Part shown: piece after piece, positions 43,830-61,505 of the stretch
How the letters are laid out: each line of letters begins with the position of its first letter
Numbering within the stretch: position 1 is the stretch's first letter
Notes under the pieces: model-generated
The model's database searches: none
Told to the model about the DNA's origin: nothing
Seen by the model: only the letters and a program-made list of their open reading frames with translations
Translations under genes and position numbers: made by a program
Assembly (NCBI GenBank): GCA_044892525.1
Contig: CM097885.1
Span: 12,092,001-12,156,000 of the forward strand
DNA: 64,000 nucleotides
Direction: 5' to 3'
DNA from: Schmidtea polychroa
Taxonomy: Eukaryota

Positions 43830-44305
43830 GTCTCCTGCATAGTACTGATGAGAGCCAAAAGCTCGAAATTAGTCTACTATTGGGGATTCACACTGGGTAT
43901 CACAAAGCGTGTACGGTTTATATTAGTCAAGTGTAAGACATTCAAAAAAACGTTTTACACCATTACTTTATAAGTTTAAAATGTTAAAGGTAATCGAATG
44001 CACTAGTAAACAGTTTCTGTGTATCAACTAATTTTTTATTCCGCAGAGGTGATTATGATTTTCATACGCCATGTTTACAAGTTTACAGGTTTTCTGTGAC
44101 CAAGCTAATAAGCAAGTAATGTGATTTCTGTGTACCAGGGAAAGTATGCAATAAAGCTGAATCAGCAATATTGTATAATTACTTGGCACGATATGAAAAC
44201 TTCGCGTCTCCTGCATAGTATTGATGAGAGCTAAAAGCTCGAAACTAGTCAATTATTGGAATTTGCACTGGGTATCACAAAGCTTGTCCTGTTTATATTA
44301 TTCAA
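43830..44305 (+). mobile_element. Retrozyme-like unit: two ~100-bp direct repeats each containing a minimal hammerhead ribozyme (376-bp period)
   Basis: TAGTA-CTGATGA-GAGCCAAAAGCTC-GAAA-TTAG-TC-TACTA (43840-43879) and TAGTA-TTGATGA-GAGCTAAAAGCTC-GAAA-CTAG-TC-AATTA (44216-44255). The downstream sequence CACTGGGTATCACAAAGC is shared. Confidence 0.8.
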
Positions 44306-47300
44306 TAAATATTATTAATTATATTCATCATTTAAAACAAACAAATCATTTTAAAATAATTAATAAATAATATCATTTATGTATTATTTTAAAAAAAGTT
44401 TAAAAATTTAGCTTATATAGAAATTCTTATAAAAATAATTATTAAATTATATATAAATCTTTGGTGCTAAGTTTTATTGAAAACCAAAAATGAAATAATG
44501 CGGATATTTTCCATTTAAAAAATTATCATTAAAACTTGCTTATTATATTAATTATTAATTAATTTTTTATTTAATTTATACTGCAATCAGGAAACCGTCA
44601 TTTCATATTATATTAATTATTATCATAATATTACCGTTATTTTAGAAAATGAGTCGCAAAATGTTATTATCATTATAAATAGAAATTTTTCTATTGTGTT
44701 TTAATGCTATGGTGATAAGATTATTTGGCTGATATTTAAACTAAGATTAATTTAGCGAATTTTGTTGCAAACAATGCTTTTGAATCTGATATTGTCGTCT
44801 TACTTATTGTCATTCAAAAATTATGAAAAATAAAATAATAGAAATAATATTAAAGTAAATTATTTTCAATGGAAATTTAAATAATATTGAAATGAAATAA
44901 AAATAAAGTTCCTTGTAACATAAAAAAAGAATGAAAAAATAAAAACAAACAGTGTAAATACTGTGTAATTATTTATTAAATAATTAATATTGCTTTATAC
45001 AGTCAAACAATTCTAAACTTATTACGTAATGACAAAATTGTGCAAAGGAGTACAGAAATAAAATGTACATGCTTATTTAATTTTTGTGTCATTGACAAAA
45101 CTGACAATAAAAAATTCCATTGATAATAAGCAATATAAAAAAGTTTGAAAATTTTAAAGCAAAATAAATTCATACACACAATTATGGTGCACAAAATTTC
45201 TATAATAAAAAAATTAAACAGTTGAACAATAAATAAGGGTCCTTGACAATATGTAAACGTCTCATTTTAAACCTAAAAAGAAATTAAGCATATTCTCGAA
45301 GAAGCTTTAGATATTTGCAATTACACCATGCCAATCAATATGCAAGGTTTTAGATGTAAATATTATATAAGAAATTATAGACACATTTAGAACATAATCA
45401 AAGTATTTATTTTTCTTATTTTTGTGATGATTAAATCCATCAATTTTAAAAATTCTTTTTAAATCAAAAGCATGAAAATTTATTACTAGATACGCCAAAT
45501 CGTAATTGATAATGATTTTATTGACTTTAAATACGATAAGTCAATTGAGCTTTGCTTTGGTTTAAATATTGATATAAAAATTTATGTTAAATTTTATATA
45601 TTTTAAATGATTTATTATTATTTTTTCATTTAATATGACTATTTGAAATTATCTTTTAGATTTTATGATAAATTTATGATAAAAAAGTAAGCCATTTTTA
45701 TATAATTTATTTATTAAATTTCAGTCTTTCTATATTTTATTTTAACACATTACTGTTTTCTTTTTCTTTCCAATAATATGGCCTATTTCGTAAAATTCAC
45801 AACCGCTTTCCATTACATCAATAATATTTTTTATCAGCAATGGTTATTCTATATAAAGATCTTATAAATTGACTAAAGTTTAATGAAAAACATATAAATT
45901 TTTCAAAAAAAAATAATGTAAAAATAAAGGAAATAAATAATTCCGAATGATATATACCGATATATACTAATACATTTTTATATTTGGTTTTAAAACTGAA
46001 ATTTTAAAGCTTATTAAATGTCCAGAAACTTAATAAATATCCAAGTGTGTGTATTTTTATTATAGAAATTTTGTGAACCATGTTTGTGTGTATTTATTTA
46101 TTTTTCTTCCAACATCGATTTTTTCTATCTTTCTATAGTGTAAGAGCCTATTTAATGTCACGAAGTTTCAATTACTTTAATGAATTTTGAAGTCTTTGCA
46201 GTTACAAAAGAAACAGGTTTAGATAAAACCAGTGGAAAAGAATGTATCGAAATAGGGTTTCATTTCGAATGGTCTATTAAAAACATTTTGTCTAATTAGC
46301 TAGACAGCGTCCTTACAGCATGACCATCCAGTTTACTTCCTCCTAGTGCTGCGGAAGAGTATTAAAGATTTATCAGTATTCCGCGGCTTTCTAATTCTTT
46401 TAATTCTATTTTAATTTTATGTTTTATTTTCCTTATTTATTTTGTTGTTATATTTATTTTATATATATTTTAAAATTATTTTTGATTTTTAAAGCACTTT
46501 GGTTGTTACCTATTATTATTCTCCTGTTAACTTACTTATGCTATTTTTATTTTTTGTTTTTATCTTACTTCTTAACTCAACAATATTGAAACAGTAAGTA
46601 AGTCAAATAAAATGATTAAAATATTTCAAAGTTATAGCGAAAGACATAAAATTCAAAAATAGAATTCTAATTTTTATTCACAAAAGATCTGTTTAACCTC
46701 TTTGAATGGTTTACTAACAACTAGTTCAACTCAATTAATATAATACTAAATTGTTAATAACCAACCAACTAAATTATTGATAAAATGATGTTAATCAAGG
46801 ACAAATTATTTTAAAATTTCTTATTACAAAAAATAAATTGAATTTAAATTCATTATATATTTAAGTATTTGTGTAAATCTAAATTAACATCAACCAATCT
46901 TTGAATAAAACTTTTAAATAGGTTAATTAATTTGTCCTGTCTTAAAATAAATTAATTTGTAGGTTTAGAATACATTTGATATTACTTTGAATAAATTTTC
47001 AGATCTTTAAGACACACATTAAATTAATCAAATAAAGTTTTTATTTTTGAAATAAAATTGTCGTAAAAAATGATCCTAACACAATAATCATCAACAAAGT
47101 ACCAACTACCAGCTACAAAACTACTAGGTACTAACAGATAAGTACCAATAACTAGGTAGTAACAACCATATACCGACAACCAAGTGTCAACAGACATCTA
47201 CCAACTAGGTTCCAACAACTAGTTATCAATGATTAAGTGCTTACAACCATTTACTAACAACTACCGTCCCTCCAGAGGAGTATGCACGCGTATACCCGTT

Positions 47301-48571
47301 GGGTGGAGTCTTTTCAAAAAAAATAATTGGCTATGACTGGATTCATGAAATGAAATATCAATCCAACTATTTACTCAGCACTATTCTGTAACCGGCGATT
47401 CTTCAAAATATCATGCCATAATTTTAAAATATTACTTTACTTATTTAAAAATTATTTTGCTTTAATTATTTTTTTTTAATTATAGCCATAATTTCACATA
47501 AAACTTTGATTCATCAAAATATATTACCATAAAATTAAAAATCTATTACATTTTTATAATTATTACTTTAATTTTTTATAAGGTCTTGAATTTTTTAAAT
47601 ATCTAACCAAAAATTCATGTACAAAAAATCAAGGGACCAAAAAATATTTTGGCCTTTTTTTCAATGTACAAAAAACTTTACAGACCTTTAAACACTTTGG
47701 TTCTTTATAACGAGAAGCTTTATCTAATACAAAAAATCCTGGAACCTAATTTACCACTCACTATTAACTGCCGATAGCAATAGACTTCTACAGATATTAT
47801 TTTTAAAATAAAAAATTATCCACCGGGAATAATTGTTCGTCCCAATGAAAATGTTATGTAAATGAGGATATATTTGAAAAGTTAATAAAAGAAACCCGGA
47901 GAAAACGCCCATTACCTTTTTTTAAAACTCAACTCTACATTAATTTTGGATAATAATATGGTAATATGGGTAAAATGGGAAAATTTCAAGCTAATATATT
48001 AATGCTTTCTTCATTTTCCATGACAGAAAATGTCTACTTTTGCTATATGAGATATCCTAGAAAGATCTTAAACTTTTAAATTAAAATTCCAAAAACTTGA
48101 GTATAATATTTTAAAAACAATTTAAACAAAATAGAAAATGCACCAATGCAACAAATTCCCAATAATCTTTCCTTACATTTAGTATTCATTGAATTAAAAA
48201 TTTTCAAAACTCTTTTAATTATTAACCAATCAAATTAATTAAAAATATTATAAGTAAAATTATTTATTTTTTGTTTACTTTTGATCTAAATTTTCCTTTA
48301 GAATTTTAATAATCCTTTTTTTTGTTTTTTTCCTATTTCACATTAATTTTTACAATGTCTTTTTCAAGTGTTAAAATTACACTGGATAAAGCCAATGCCT
48401 AAAGTTTATGATAAATAAGTAAAAAAAAACAATAATTGATTAAAATCAAAATGAAAAAACAAATAAAATTTTAAAATATTTTTAATAAAATAAATTTTTC
48501 ATTCAGAATTCATCTTGGTAGTAATTTATGCTATTAAAAATGGTAATAAATATATATTTTCAAAATTAAAT

Positions 48572-48760
48572 TGTATTTATCAAAAAGCTTGACTATGAAT
48601 CATTAAATATATCGATGTATTTGAATTCTAAATTCACTTGAAAAATCCAGTGCCGAAAATTCGTGAATATCAAAAACATCGATATATTTACTGATTCATA
48701 GTCAAGCATTTTAATAAATAAAATGTCAATGAAAAATAAATTAGTGGTGAAATTTTAAAA
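48572..48760 (+). mobile_element. Short fold-back repeat family copy just downstream of the channel stop codon
   Basis: ATTCAC-TTGAAAA-ATCCAGTGCC-GAAA-ATTC-GTGAAT at 48632-48668, followed by the family tail and preceded by an inverted partial copy. Confidence 0.65.
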
Positions 48761-48954
48761 AAATGTTTAAAATAAAAGAAAAAGTATAAAAGAAAAAGTA
48801 AATAAATTTTAAAAAAATGTATTAGCATATAAACTCGCCATAAAATAATTTTAAAAAAATAACTGAAAATGTTTATGATATGTATCATATCATTAATATG
48901 TAGAGAACATAATCAAATCCACTGTAGAAAAAAAGACAAATAATCTTTGAAGAA

Positions 48955-49761
48955 TTATGCAACTGGCGGCTCATTTGACGCAGAATGTATTCGTACGAAA
49001 TTCGACGGATCCTTGTTTTTATCTGATAAATCTTCTGAATGAGGCAAACGGTTTAATATTTCATTTAACTGACAATTTAATTTTTCTATTTCTTGTTTTA
49101 TATGATTAGTTTGAGATTTTATTTCGTTGGTTGATTTTTCAATTGACTTTTCAATTGTTGAAACAATTATTTGATTGAGTATTGTCATGTCTATTTGAAT
49201 AGTTTGAGATTTATTTGTCGTAGAATCTGTCACTGATTTTGAATGATCTTCTTCGTCTTCTTCTTTTATTGTTTGACCTTCAATTTGTGACTTTTTGTTG
49301 ATTAGCCTATTCCATTTCGGAACGTTTTGGCTGATCGAATGAGACGGTTTAACTTCGACTTTCTGTAAGTTGTTTCCAGGAGATATGAAACTGAACTCAG
49401 TTTTTTGAACTGGTTCTGGATTAGAATCTGTTGGAGAAGGAGGAGTTGGAGCAGTTTTGTTTTTGTTTCCAAACATCCCTGACCATTTGTTGACTTTGAC
49501 TGCTGGGGTGTCCGGCGGAGGATCAGGTGGATGAGGTCCATCATCGTCAGGAGTGCTGTCAGACATAATACTTGTCACTGACTGACGACGACCCTCGCCG
49601 AATTCTGAATTGGACCCTCTCGGCGCATCGGCCTTCTTAAATCGAGAAAGTAATTTTCTTACAGCATGATCAGCAGCTAAATTATTTAAAGGGGGATCAT
49701 TTTTTCTTCTTTCAGCAAGTTCTTTTTCTTTTTTGACATCGGCAATTTTACGAAACAATAT
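48955..49761 (-). CDS. eag: EAG-family K+ channel, terminal exon (post-CNBHD region, low-complexity linker, predicted coiled coil)
   Basis: Acceptor tttag|ATA. ILFRKIADVKKEKELAERRKNDPPL...DHAVRKLLSRFKK resembles the Kv10/eag post-CNBHD segment. Stop TAA at 48955. Confidence 0.9.
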   Translation of the reverse strand: MLFRKIADVKKEKELAERRKNDPPLNNLAADHAVRKLLSRFKKADAPRGSNSEFGEGRRQSVTSIMSDSTPDDDGPHPPDPPPDTPAVKVNKWSGMFGNKNKTAPTPPSPTDSNPEPVQKTEFSFISPGNNLQKVEVKPSHSISQNVPKWNRLINKKSQIEGQTIKEEDEEDHSKSVTDSTTNKSQTIQIDMTILNQIIVSTIEKSIEKSTNEIKSQTNHIKQEIEKLNCQLNEILNRLPHSEDLSDKNKDPSNFVRIHSASNEPPVA

Positions 49762-49798
49762 CTAAATATATATTTATATAAAAATGATTATAATAATA

Positions 49799-49981
<183 letters not shown>

Positions 49982-50011
49982 GTGATGATTTCTTGGTAGC
50001 AGCATTTATTA

Positions 50012-53262
<3,251 letters not shown>

Positions 53263-54084
53263 TTAAAGAGAAGAATCACATTATATATATTTTTATCCGA
53301 ACAAAAATAAAATGAACTATAAAAATAAAATTCTGAAAACTTAATCCACTTAAATGACAGGAATGAGATGAAGTGAAAAAGGAACTCTTCCTGTTTATTG
53401 AAGGTATTTTAAGAAATCAAGCAAATTAATCTTGTTTTAGTTTTTGATCGGTATTTAGAATTTTAATTTTTATTAATTTGGCATCATTTAGTCTTTTTTT
53501 AATATTCATAGTTGGCTTGTAAAATACCCTTCTGAATTCAACTTTATTTTCCATTTAATAATTGTTTTATTTAAAACAAAATTATCTTTTTTTACACAAT
53601 AATTTCCATAGAAATAGAAATTTGATCAAGTATTACCATGATCAAAACCCTCTTATGTTTTATTAAAAATTTTTTAATCTGTAATATATTTATATTCTTC
53701 TGATTGACGGTCTCACTTATAAAATTGAATAGTTCAAGCCGATTATAGTCGCGATAACTGGTTATGGTTAAAGGGAAGGATACTGTGGTGAAAATAAAGG
53801 AACATGGAAAACCAATGTTCAACTTTAATTAAAAAAGAAAGTACCCCATTAACATATACATAACTCGAATTAAATTTGGGTTTATAATTAATTACCGCAA
53901 ATTAAAAATTAAACCATGTGCTTAATTTCTGACAAATTAATAATGTTATAAAATAAATTAATTAAAAATAATAAAAATAGTTAATTGATTTAAAAGCCAG
54001 ATTTAATTAAAATTAATTACAATTAATTAAAAATTAATTAAAATTAATTAAAAATTAATTAAAATTTTTAAAAATTATTCCTAC

Positions 54085-54281
54085 CCTTTGTCTCAAATTA
54101 TATGTCAGCAATAGATTTCTGGAGAATGAATTGGCAAATGTATGATGAAATTCTAGGACGCTTTGCAGCTTATCTCTTTTAATACAATGCAAATCACAAT
54201 ATGTCAGTGCACGAATAGTGGCAGTTGAAGGACTCGTATGTTTGTCTTTCCAACTATAATCACCAAATATGTCATCTTTTC
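54085..54281 (-). CDS. eag: EAG-family K+ channel exon (CNBHD C-terminal part)
   Basis: aag|GA...AGG|gtagg; translates (G)KDDIFGD...[17 protein letters not shown]...[14 protein letters not shown], including the YNL intrinsic-ligand motif. Confidence 0.93.
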
Positions 54282-54330
54282 CTTAAATTTAATTAATAAT
54301 CATTAATAATTCATTGAAAATTTCAAATAC

Positions 54331-54583
54331 CTAAAATCGCTACTATTTCATCGTCTTGTATTACTTCTAACGATCCAGAAACAATGAAACACAATTGGTC
54401 AACACTTTCTCCTTGGTGGTATATCAAATCTCCAGGAGCTGTATGTAGGGTTGTAAAGTTTATGGCAAGAGCTCTCAAACACCCGTCGCTAGCTAATCTA
54501 AATGCTGGGTGTTCATTGAATACCATTCTATTAAGATGAACACATAGATCAGCTTTCATATCTTTGGGACAGTAGTTAAGTAC
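54331..54583 (-). CDS. eag: EAG-family K+ channel exon (C-linker/CNBHD)
   Basis: tag|GTA...TTAG|gtattt; translates [19 protein letters not shown]...[13 protein letters not shown]...[15 protein letters not shown]. Confidence 0.95.
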
Positions 54584-54628
54584 CTATTCAAACACATGTT
54601 ATTAATCATATCGTTTGTCTCATTTAAC

Positions 54629-54828
54629 CTTCGCCGGGTCGATTCCTTTCGTAATTGCCCATGTTGACGTTACATAGTCGATAACTCTCTCACATAACTC
54701 TTTTTTTACATCATGTATTTTTAGGAAATCCTTTATACTTTTCATCATTTCATTGTATCTAGACCGATTGGCATACATTTCAGATACTATTGTCGTTACA
54801 TTACCAAAGATCGCTGCATATATCAATG
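54629..54828 (-). CDS. eag: EAG-family K+ channel exon (S6 end and C-linker)
   Basis: tttag|CA...AAG|gttaaa; translates ALIYAAIFGNVTTIVSEMY...ERVIDYVTSTWAITKGID. Confidence 0.95.
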
Positions 54829-56532
54829 CTAAAAGTAAATATCTATAAATTATTTATTAGAAAACGGGAAAGAAATAAATCTTTATTGTTTTCGATTTGG
54901 GAAACAACCTCAGTTAAAACTATAGTTTTTATTTGACAGGAAATCGATAAATATGTGCCTTATTTGCAAATTAAAAATATGTTTAAAATTTTTAAAAATT
55001 TTAAAAAAATTTTAAAAACATTTATAAATTAAATTAATAAAATTAAATTATAAAATAAATTAAATTGAATTGATTTTTTGCAATAAGTTAAACTATTTTA
55101 TTTAACCAAATTTTACATAGGTAAATGTTGAAGAAAAATACAATTTGGAAAACCTATTATTATTATTGTAACTACTATCTGCAAGAGCCTTTTATAAGAC
55201 ATTGGTAACTCACGCTGTAATGCTTCAAAGGGTGATTGTTTCGTATTTTATTTTTCATACAATATTTACACTTGCACACATCTATATATTTACCGCTTAC
55301 AAATAATAATAAAATGTATAAACGTAAACATATTTACATTTTCAACTAATTTTGGATATAAGGTATTCCTAAGAAATGAAGTAAATTTTAAAACATTCGA
55401 TTTATACTGATTTTTAAACTTATCCTGGATACCGACAGAATGTCAAATGTTCTTACTTGCATAGTGTCAGCGGGGTCAGCAAATACTTTTCAATGAACTC
55501 ACTGCCCTCTTTACAATAACTTAAAATTAACTCAAAAATGTGTGGTCATTTGTCATTTTAATGAATATGAATAGTCTAGTTTTTTAATTAGATCAATCGA
55601 AAGAAAAAAAAAGAAACAGTAAATTGGCAGTTAATGAATTTTGATGATTGACAAATAACTTACTGTGATAGAATGAATGTTAGACTAAAATGTTATTTTT
55701 TAAAAATACTTGAAAAAAATTGTAATGAAATTGGAATCGAGCTGTGTGTTTTATTTATATAAGAAGAATCGAAATGATCGATTGATAAAATTGGTTTATT
55801 TTGATTGGTGAATATGCGGAAACTGCAATGATAAATAAATCAATAACAGTTGAAATTGTAATCTAGTTAACTTTGCTAAAGAATAAAATTGCTTAGAATA
55901 GATTTTAAAAAAGTTGCATATTTTCAAGAAAATGTTTTTTTAACTTGTTTGGTTTTTGACGTTACTTAAAAGAAAAATTGGGATCCAGTAAAATAACTGA
56001 CTACGAAAGAATTTGTAATAATTTTTAAAAAAATATTAAAATTAACATTTATCAGTGAATCAAAAATTTCATTCTTTTTAAAAAAGATTTCTTATAAATT
56101 TGATAAATTAAAGTTTTCTACTAAATAAATATTCAATGGATTTTTTATTTGTTTATTTATTTACTATTTAAACTATTCATTGAAATCTCCATTGTGGACA
56201 TATGTTTTCTTTAGAAATTATTTGATAGCATTTGGTGAAAAACTATTAAGAAATTAATTTTTTGTTTGTTGTTTGTTAATATTATTTTAGAAAAATTATG
56301 CTTCATTTTTATATGTAATAATGACCATGCATAATTATAATCATATTTCGTTTCGCAGAATAAATTTGCATTTTTCCCATTAATCTTGTAGAAATTTCTA
56401 CTCTTAACACTGTAAATGTATTGGTAAAAATAATATATAAATTACTCTTAGTTACAAAGAAAAAACTAAAAATATCTAATACAAAAATGTTATAAAATTA
56501 TTTTAATACATTGTTGAAAAATGAATTAATTA

Positions 56533-56598
<66 letters not shown>

Positions 56599-56719
56599 GC
56601 AACAATTTTAAAAATAATTAAAACTTTATGTTGTTTGAAAATTTAAATAATGTTTAAAAAAATTGGATAAAATTATAAACTGAATGGTAAATTTAATATA
56701 AAATTTAAAAAAAAAGAAT

Positions 56720-57447
<728 letters not shown>

Positions 57448-58091
57448 TAATAATATTAATATTAATAATAATTACAATAATAATAATTAGTAACGATATA
57501 ATTTAAATTTGCAATATTTATAAAAATTCTAAACAGTCTGTAAAATTTTATTAATCATAGTTCTAATTATACAATTTATTTAATTTAGTATTAATAGAAC
57601 TAAATTTGAAACTCAATTTATATGTCAACAATATTCAATTTTCAGCATATTTAACAATCAATATTTATTTTATTTCTCCAATTAATGTTTTCACAATCTT
57701 TGCATCTTTTAAGTTTTAAATAATTTTATATAATTTTTATTAATTAATTTTTATTCTATGCTTTGCATGTAATACATGATGCAATGTTCGCTCAGAAACA
57801 TATTTTATTTTGTGTTTTATAGATTTCAGTTTTGCAAATATTTTCTTTGTTTTATGTTGATTGTGACTGTGCCCCAATATATAGGACTTATGTGCTATAC
57901 TAATTACAAGGCCAGCGAGTTTAGGTTCTTTGAAGATATTAAAGTTTAGTTAATGAGTGTAATTTTATGATAAAAGTGCTTCTCTTTTGTATTTTTTGAA
58001 AAACACATTTAATATTGGAGTATCCATTTTAATGTAGGGTTTTGTTAAATATTTTTATTGTGTACAATCACTGTCTTTTTCGGTGAAACTA

Positions 58092-58535
58092 GTGACTACC
58101 TCACTGAACCGGTATTGTGTAATTTACGCGCCTACTGCCTTCCGTGGATGTGGTAGCCGTTTTTCAGGCTCCCTCTCCGGAATCGAACACTGATTCTTCA
58201 TTTCTCGTTACAACCATGGTAAGCGTTTATCTTACCATCGAAAGTTGATAGGTCAGCCATTTTAAGAGATATGTCGTCAGCACAAAGGTAAAATTATCCA
58301 GAGTCATCAAAATACCGTATTTCAATTGGTTGATTTTGATCTAATAAATCCGCCGCTTCGTGAGTCACGGCATTCTTAAAAATATGAATTATCTTGTGGC
58401 AAAATGATAGAATCTCTCAAATCATAGTTGTTATAATGAGTCATCCGTGGTTTCAGAATACTAGTCTGTGTACTAAGATATTCATGGCTTAATCTTTGAG
58501 ATAACCATGTGACTACTGGCAGGACCAACCAGATA
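58092..58535 (-). pseudogene. Degraded 5' fragment of 18S rRNA in a channel intron
   Basis: The minus strand starts TATCTGGTTGGTCCTGCCAGTAGTCACATGGTTATCTCAAAGATTAAGCCATG (18S 5' end). It includes TATCAACTTTCGATGGTA and GATTCCGGAGAGGGAGCCTGA, and is mutated and truncated. Confidence 0.93.
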
Positions 58536-59092
58536 TTTTTTAGTATAATGTTTAAATATGGTTATTGTTTTAACTGATTTCTTAAAATAAAACTCCATAT
58601 TTGTGATTTTTCAATTTAAATAAAACTTTAAGTATTTATTTAACATTATTAATATGTCACAATATAAATATCACCATTTTTATAAAATAAAAATAAAGAA
58701 AAATATATATTTTTTAATTTAAATAATTTTAGACTTAGAATATCAAAAAACTATTAATAGACATTTATTGAAAATTCCTTTTTATAAATTACATATTATT
58801 ACAATTTCTCTTAAAATATTTGAAATAGATAATTTTTGTTAGAATTTAATTCATATTGTAGAAATCTTACTGACAAAATATTATTTTTTTACTTTTTTCG
58901 AGTATTTTTATCGATTTTTGAAAAGATTAGAATAAATAAATTTTCCGCATAATCTAACCGCGTAATCATCTTGAATTCAAAATATTTTTAGACTTCTAAA
59001 ATTTATTTTTGCAATATATTATGACAGCTTGACTGTAATATCCAAGCACCAGACTAATTCAATAAAGCGATTAATATTAAATATTAACATAG

Positions 59093-59232
59093 TGATATTT
59101 TATTTATTAAAAAACTTGACTATGAATCAGTAAATATATCAAAAAAACATCGATATATTTAAGTCAAGTGTTTTAATAAATACAATGTCAATTAAAAAGA
59201 AATCAGTGGTAAAAATTGAAAAAATGATATTT
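59093..59232. mobile_element. Short fold-back repeat family copy lacking the ribozyme-like core
   Basis: TTGACTATGAATCAGTAAATATATC followed by the reverse-orientation tail. Flanked by TGATATTT direct repeats. Confidence 0.55.
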
Positions 59233-61505
59233 GCAGATTCCAATAAAATGTTACTAACAATTTATTCGTGAATAAATTAATTTGTAAGTTGATTTTTCGG
59301 TTAAATGATTTTATCACGTAAACCTCTCAATACATTCGCAATAGTTTTTGAAACCCTTAGATAACACTTTAAAATTTATTTATATAGAAAATTACCATTT
59401 TTATTTTATGTTTTATAAAGTATTGTTATTATTCAAAATTAATTTTAATAAATTTTAATTAATACAAAATCGTAAACCAATTTCAAATAAAAATATGATA
59501 TCTACATCTTAATAATTACTTAAGTGAAATAGTAATTATTTTAGTATTTTTGTTTTAATTGCTAACCTCGTCTTCATAAAAACTTTTATAAGAAAAATTG
59601 CTGCAGAATTTAAAATGTTGCGATTGGACAATATTCAAAATTACTCAAATTTTTCAAAAAAAATTAAAATTCTTCCCTAAAATTCAATTAAGTTACTGAA
59701 TAGTTTATGGAGTTTTATTTAAACAAAGAAAATTATAATTATTTCTTTGTTTGAAAAATCAAAGAAAACAATGTTTTAATATAAGTAAAATTTCTAAATC
59801 ATTGAAAAGAAAATTCTGTTAATTAAGAGAAATATAAGTTATATTATTAAAAATACCAAAATATACATCAATTTTTAAAATATATCTGTTTGAAGTGATA
59901 AGCACATATTACTGTGACATTACAGTGACACCTAAGATAAAACATGTCAAATGTTGCAGTTTGTGTTTAGACATTGAATAAATTGTTTTATATGGGAATA
60001 TTTTGATTAACGCTTTATTTACCAATTGTGTTTTAGCACTGCAAGCAACAAATGAATCCGATGTTACTTAATGAGTCGAATCACTGCATATACATCATTT
60101 ATAAATTTAAGCCTAAAAACGTGAACAGTACTCGATTTGTGGCATGCAATCAAAAACACGTGAATACAACTCAATCCTTGATTAAATTCAACCGGGTATA
60201 ATTAAACATATTTATCTTTTACTGTCTCGTTTAGTTTATTTACAAATAACTTATTTCTATGACATGTTACACCAATATGACTTATATTGTATCTGGTTAT
60301 AACAGATTTAATTTGAAAATTATGTAAGTTTTATAGTTACATGCGTTATTTCAGTGAAATCTACACTATAGCCCATTTCCAGATTGAGTCTGTTATATGC
60401 AAATCATTTGTACGTCGCATTCACGTTACAATTTTTGTGATTGTCAACAAAATACATCAACACACAATTGACTGAAAACTATATCCTCGATTTTCATTTT
60501 GATGGAATGAATTGAACCGGATCATTCTTTGCAACACGTTTGATTTTTCAAAAAAAAAGAAAAAATTCGTCTAATTTTTAAAAATATTCATATTTAAAGC
60601 TCTGTTGACAAACTAAATCTTAGTATGAAACATGTAACACTATCAATAAAAACTGTACAATTAATTTTGTTTTGTTTGTCGGTGAAATGAGAAATTAACT
60701 AATTATTTCACTTAAAGCGTCAACTGATTAAAGGCAATATTAAATTCCAAATAATATAAATTTTTATTGATCAGCCCAATTGCAATTTAGTTTACGCTTT
60801 TCTGGTTACATCAACATAAAATGATTCAACAATTTTATAGATTTTAGTGCGTATAACATTGCACTTTATATATAAATTTACCTTTTTCTATTATGTACTT
60901 TTCTTAGTTATTATTTATGATGATTTTAATATTTATTGATATTCTTTTTTTGTGGAGAGGGAGGGTTATAATAAAATATTATTATAATTGGAAAAAGAAA
61001 GCTGCGTAAAGGGACGATTGATCTACATGATTTAAAAGTTTTATGTAAAACTTAGTAATAAGTGGGGGAAAGCTTTATTTGAAGTATTGTCAGCAAGGAA
61101 TTTATTGAAATAATTTAATTAACTCATTAAATCATAACTATTAAATCATTATTGTTTTCCTATAACTTTTGACCGAGATTACTATGGTAGACTGATGATG
61201 ATGAGGATAATTTCTTAGAAATATATTTAAGTCTTAAGTTTTTTATTAAAAATGGACCATCATTTTTTTGATATATATGTATTCATATTTTATTTTAATT
61301 ATGGCTTATCAGCTGATTTCAGATTGTGGATTCAATTTTTTAACCTGCCATCTTGAATTTCGTTGTAAAATGACAGCCACGTTTGAAGGTGTTTTAAACG
61401 TTGTAGGGTTATTAGCTTCAAACATCTATAGATCAGGGACTTTTAAGTTTATTAAGCAACTTATGTGACCCATATTTTAACTTATATAATAAAATATAAA
61501 CTCAC

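Noticed and set aside
45171..46093. ~40-bp inverted repeat about 850 bp apart
   Set aside because: No TSD or diagnostic terminal motif; too weak to call a MITE.
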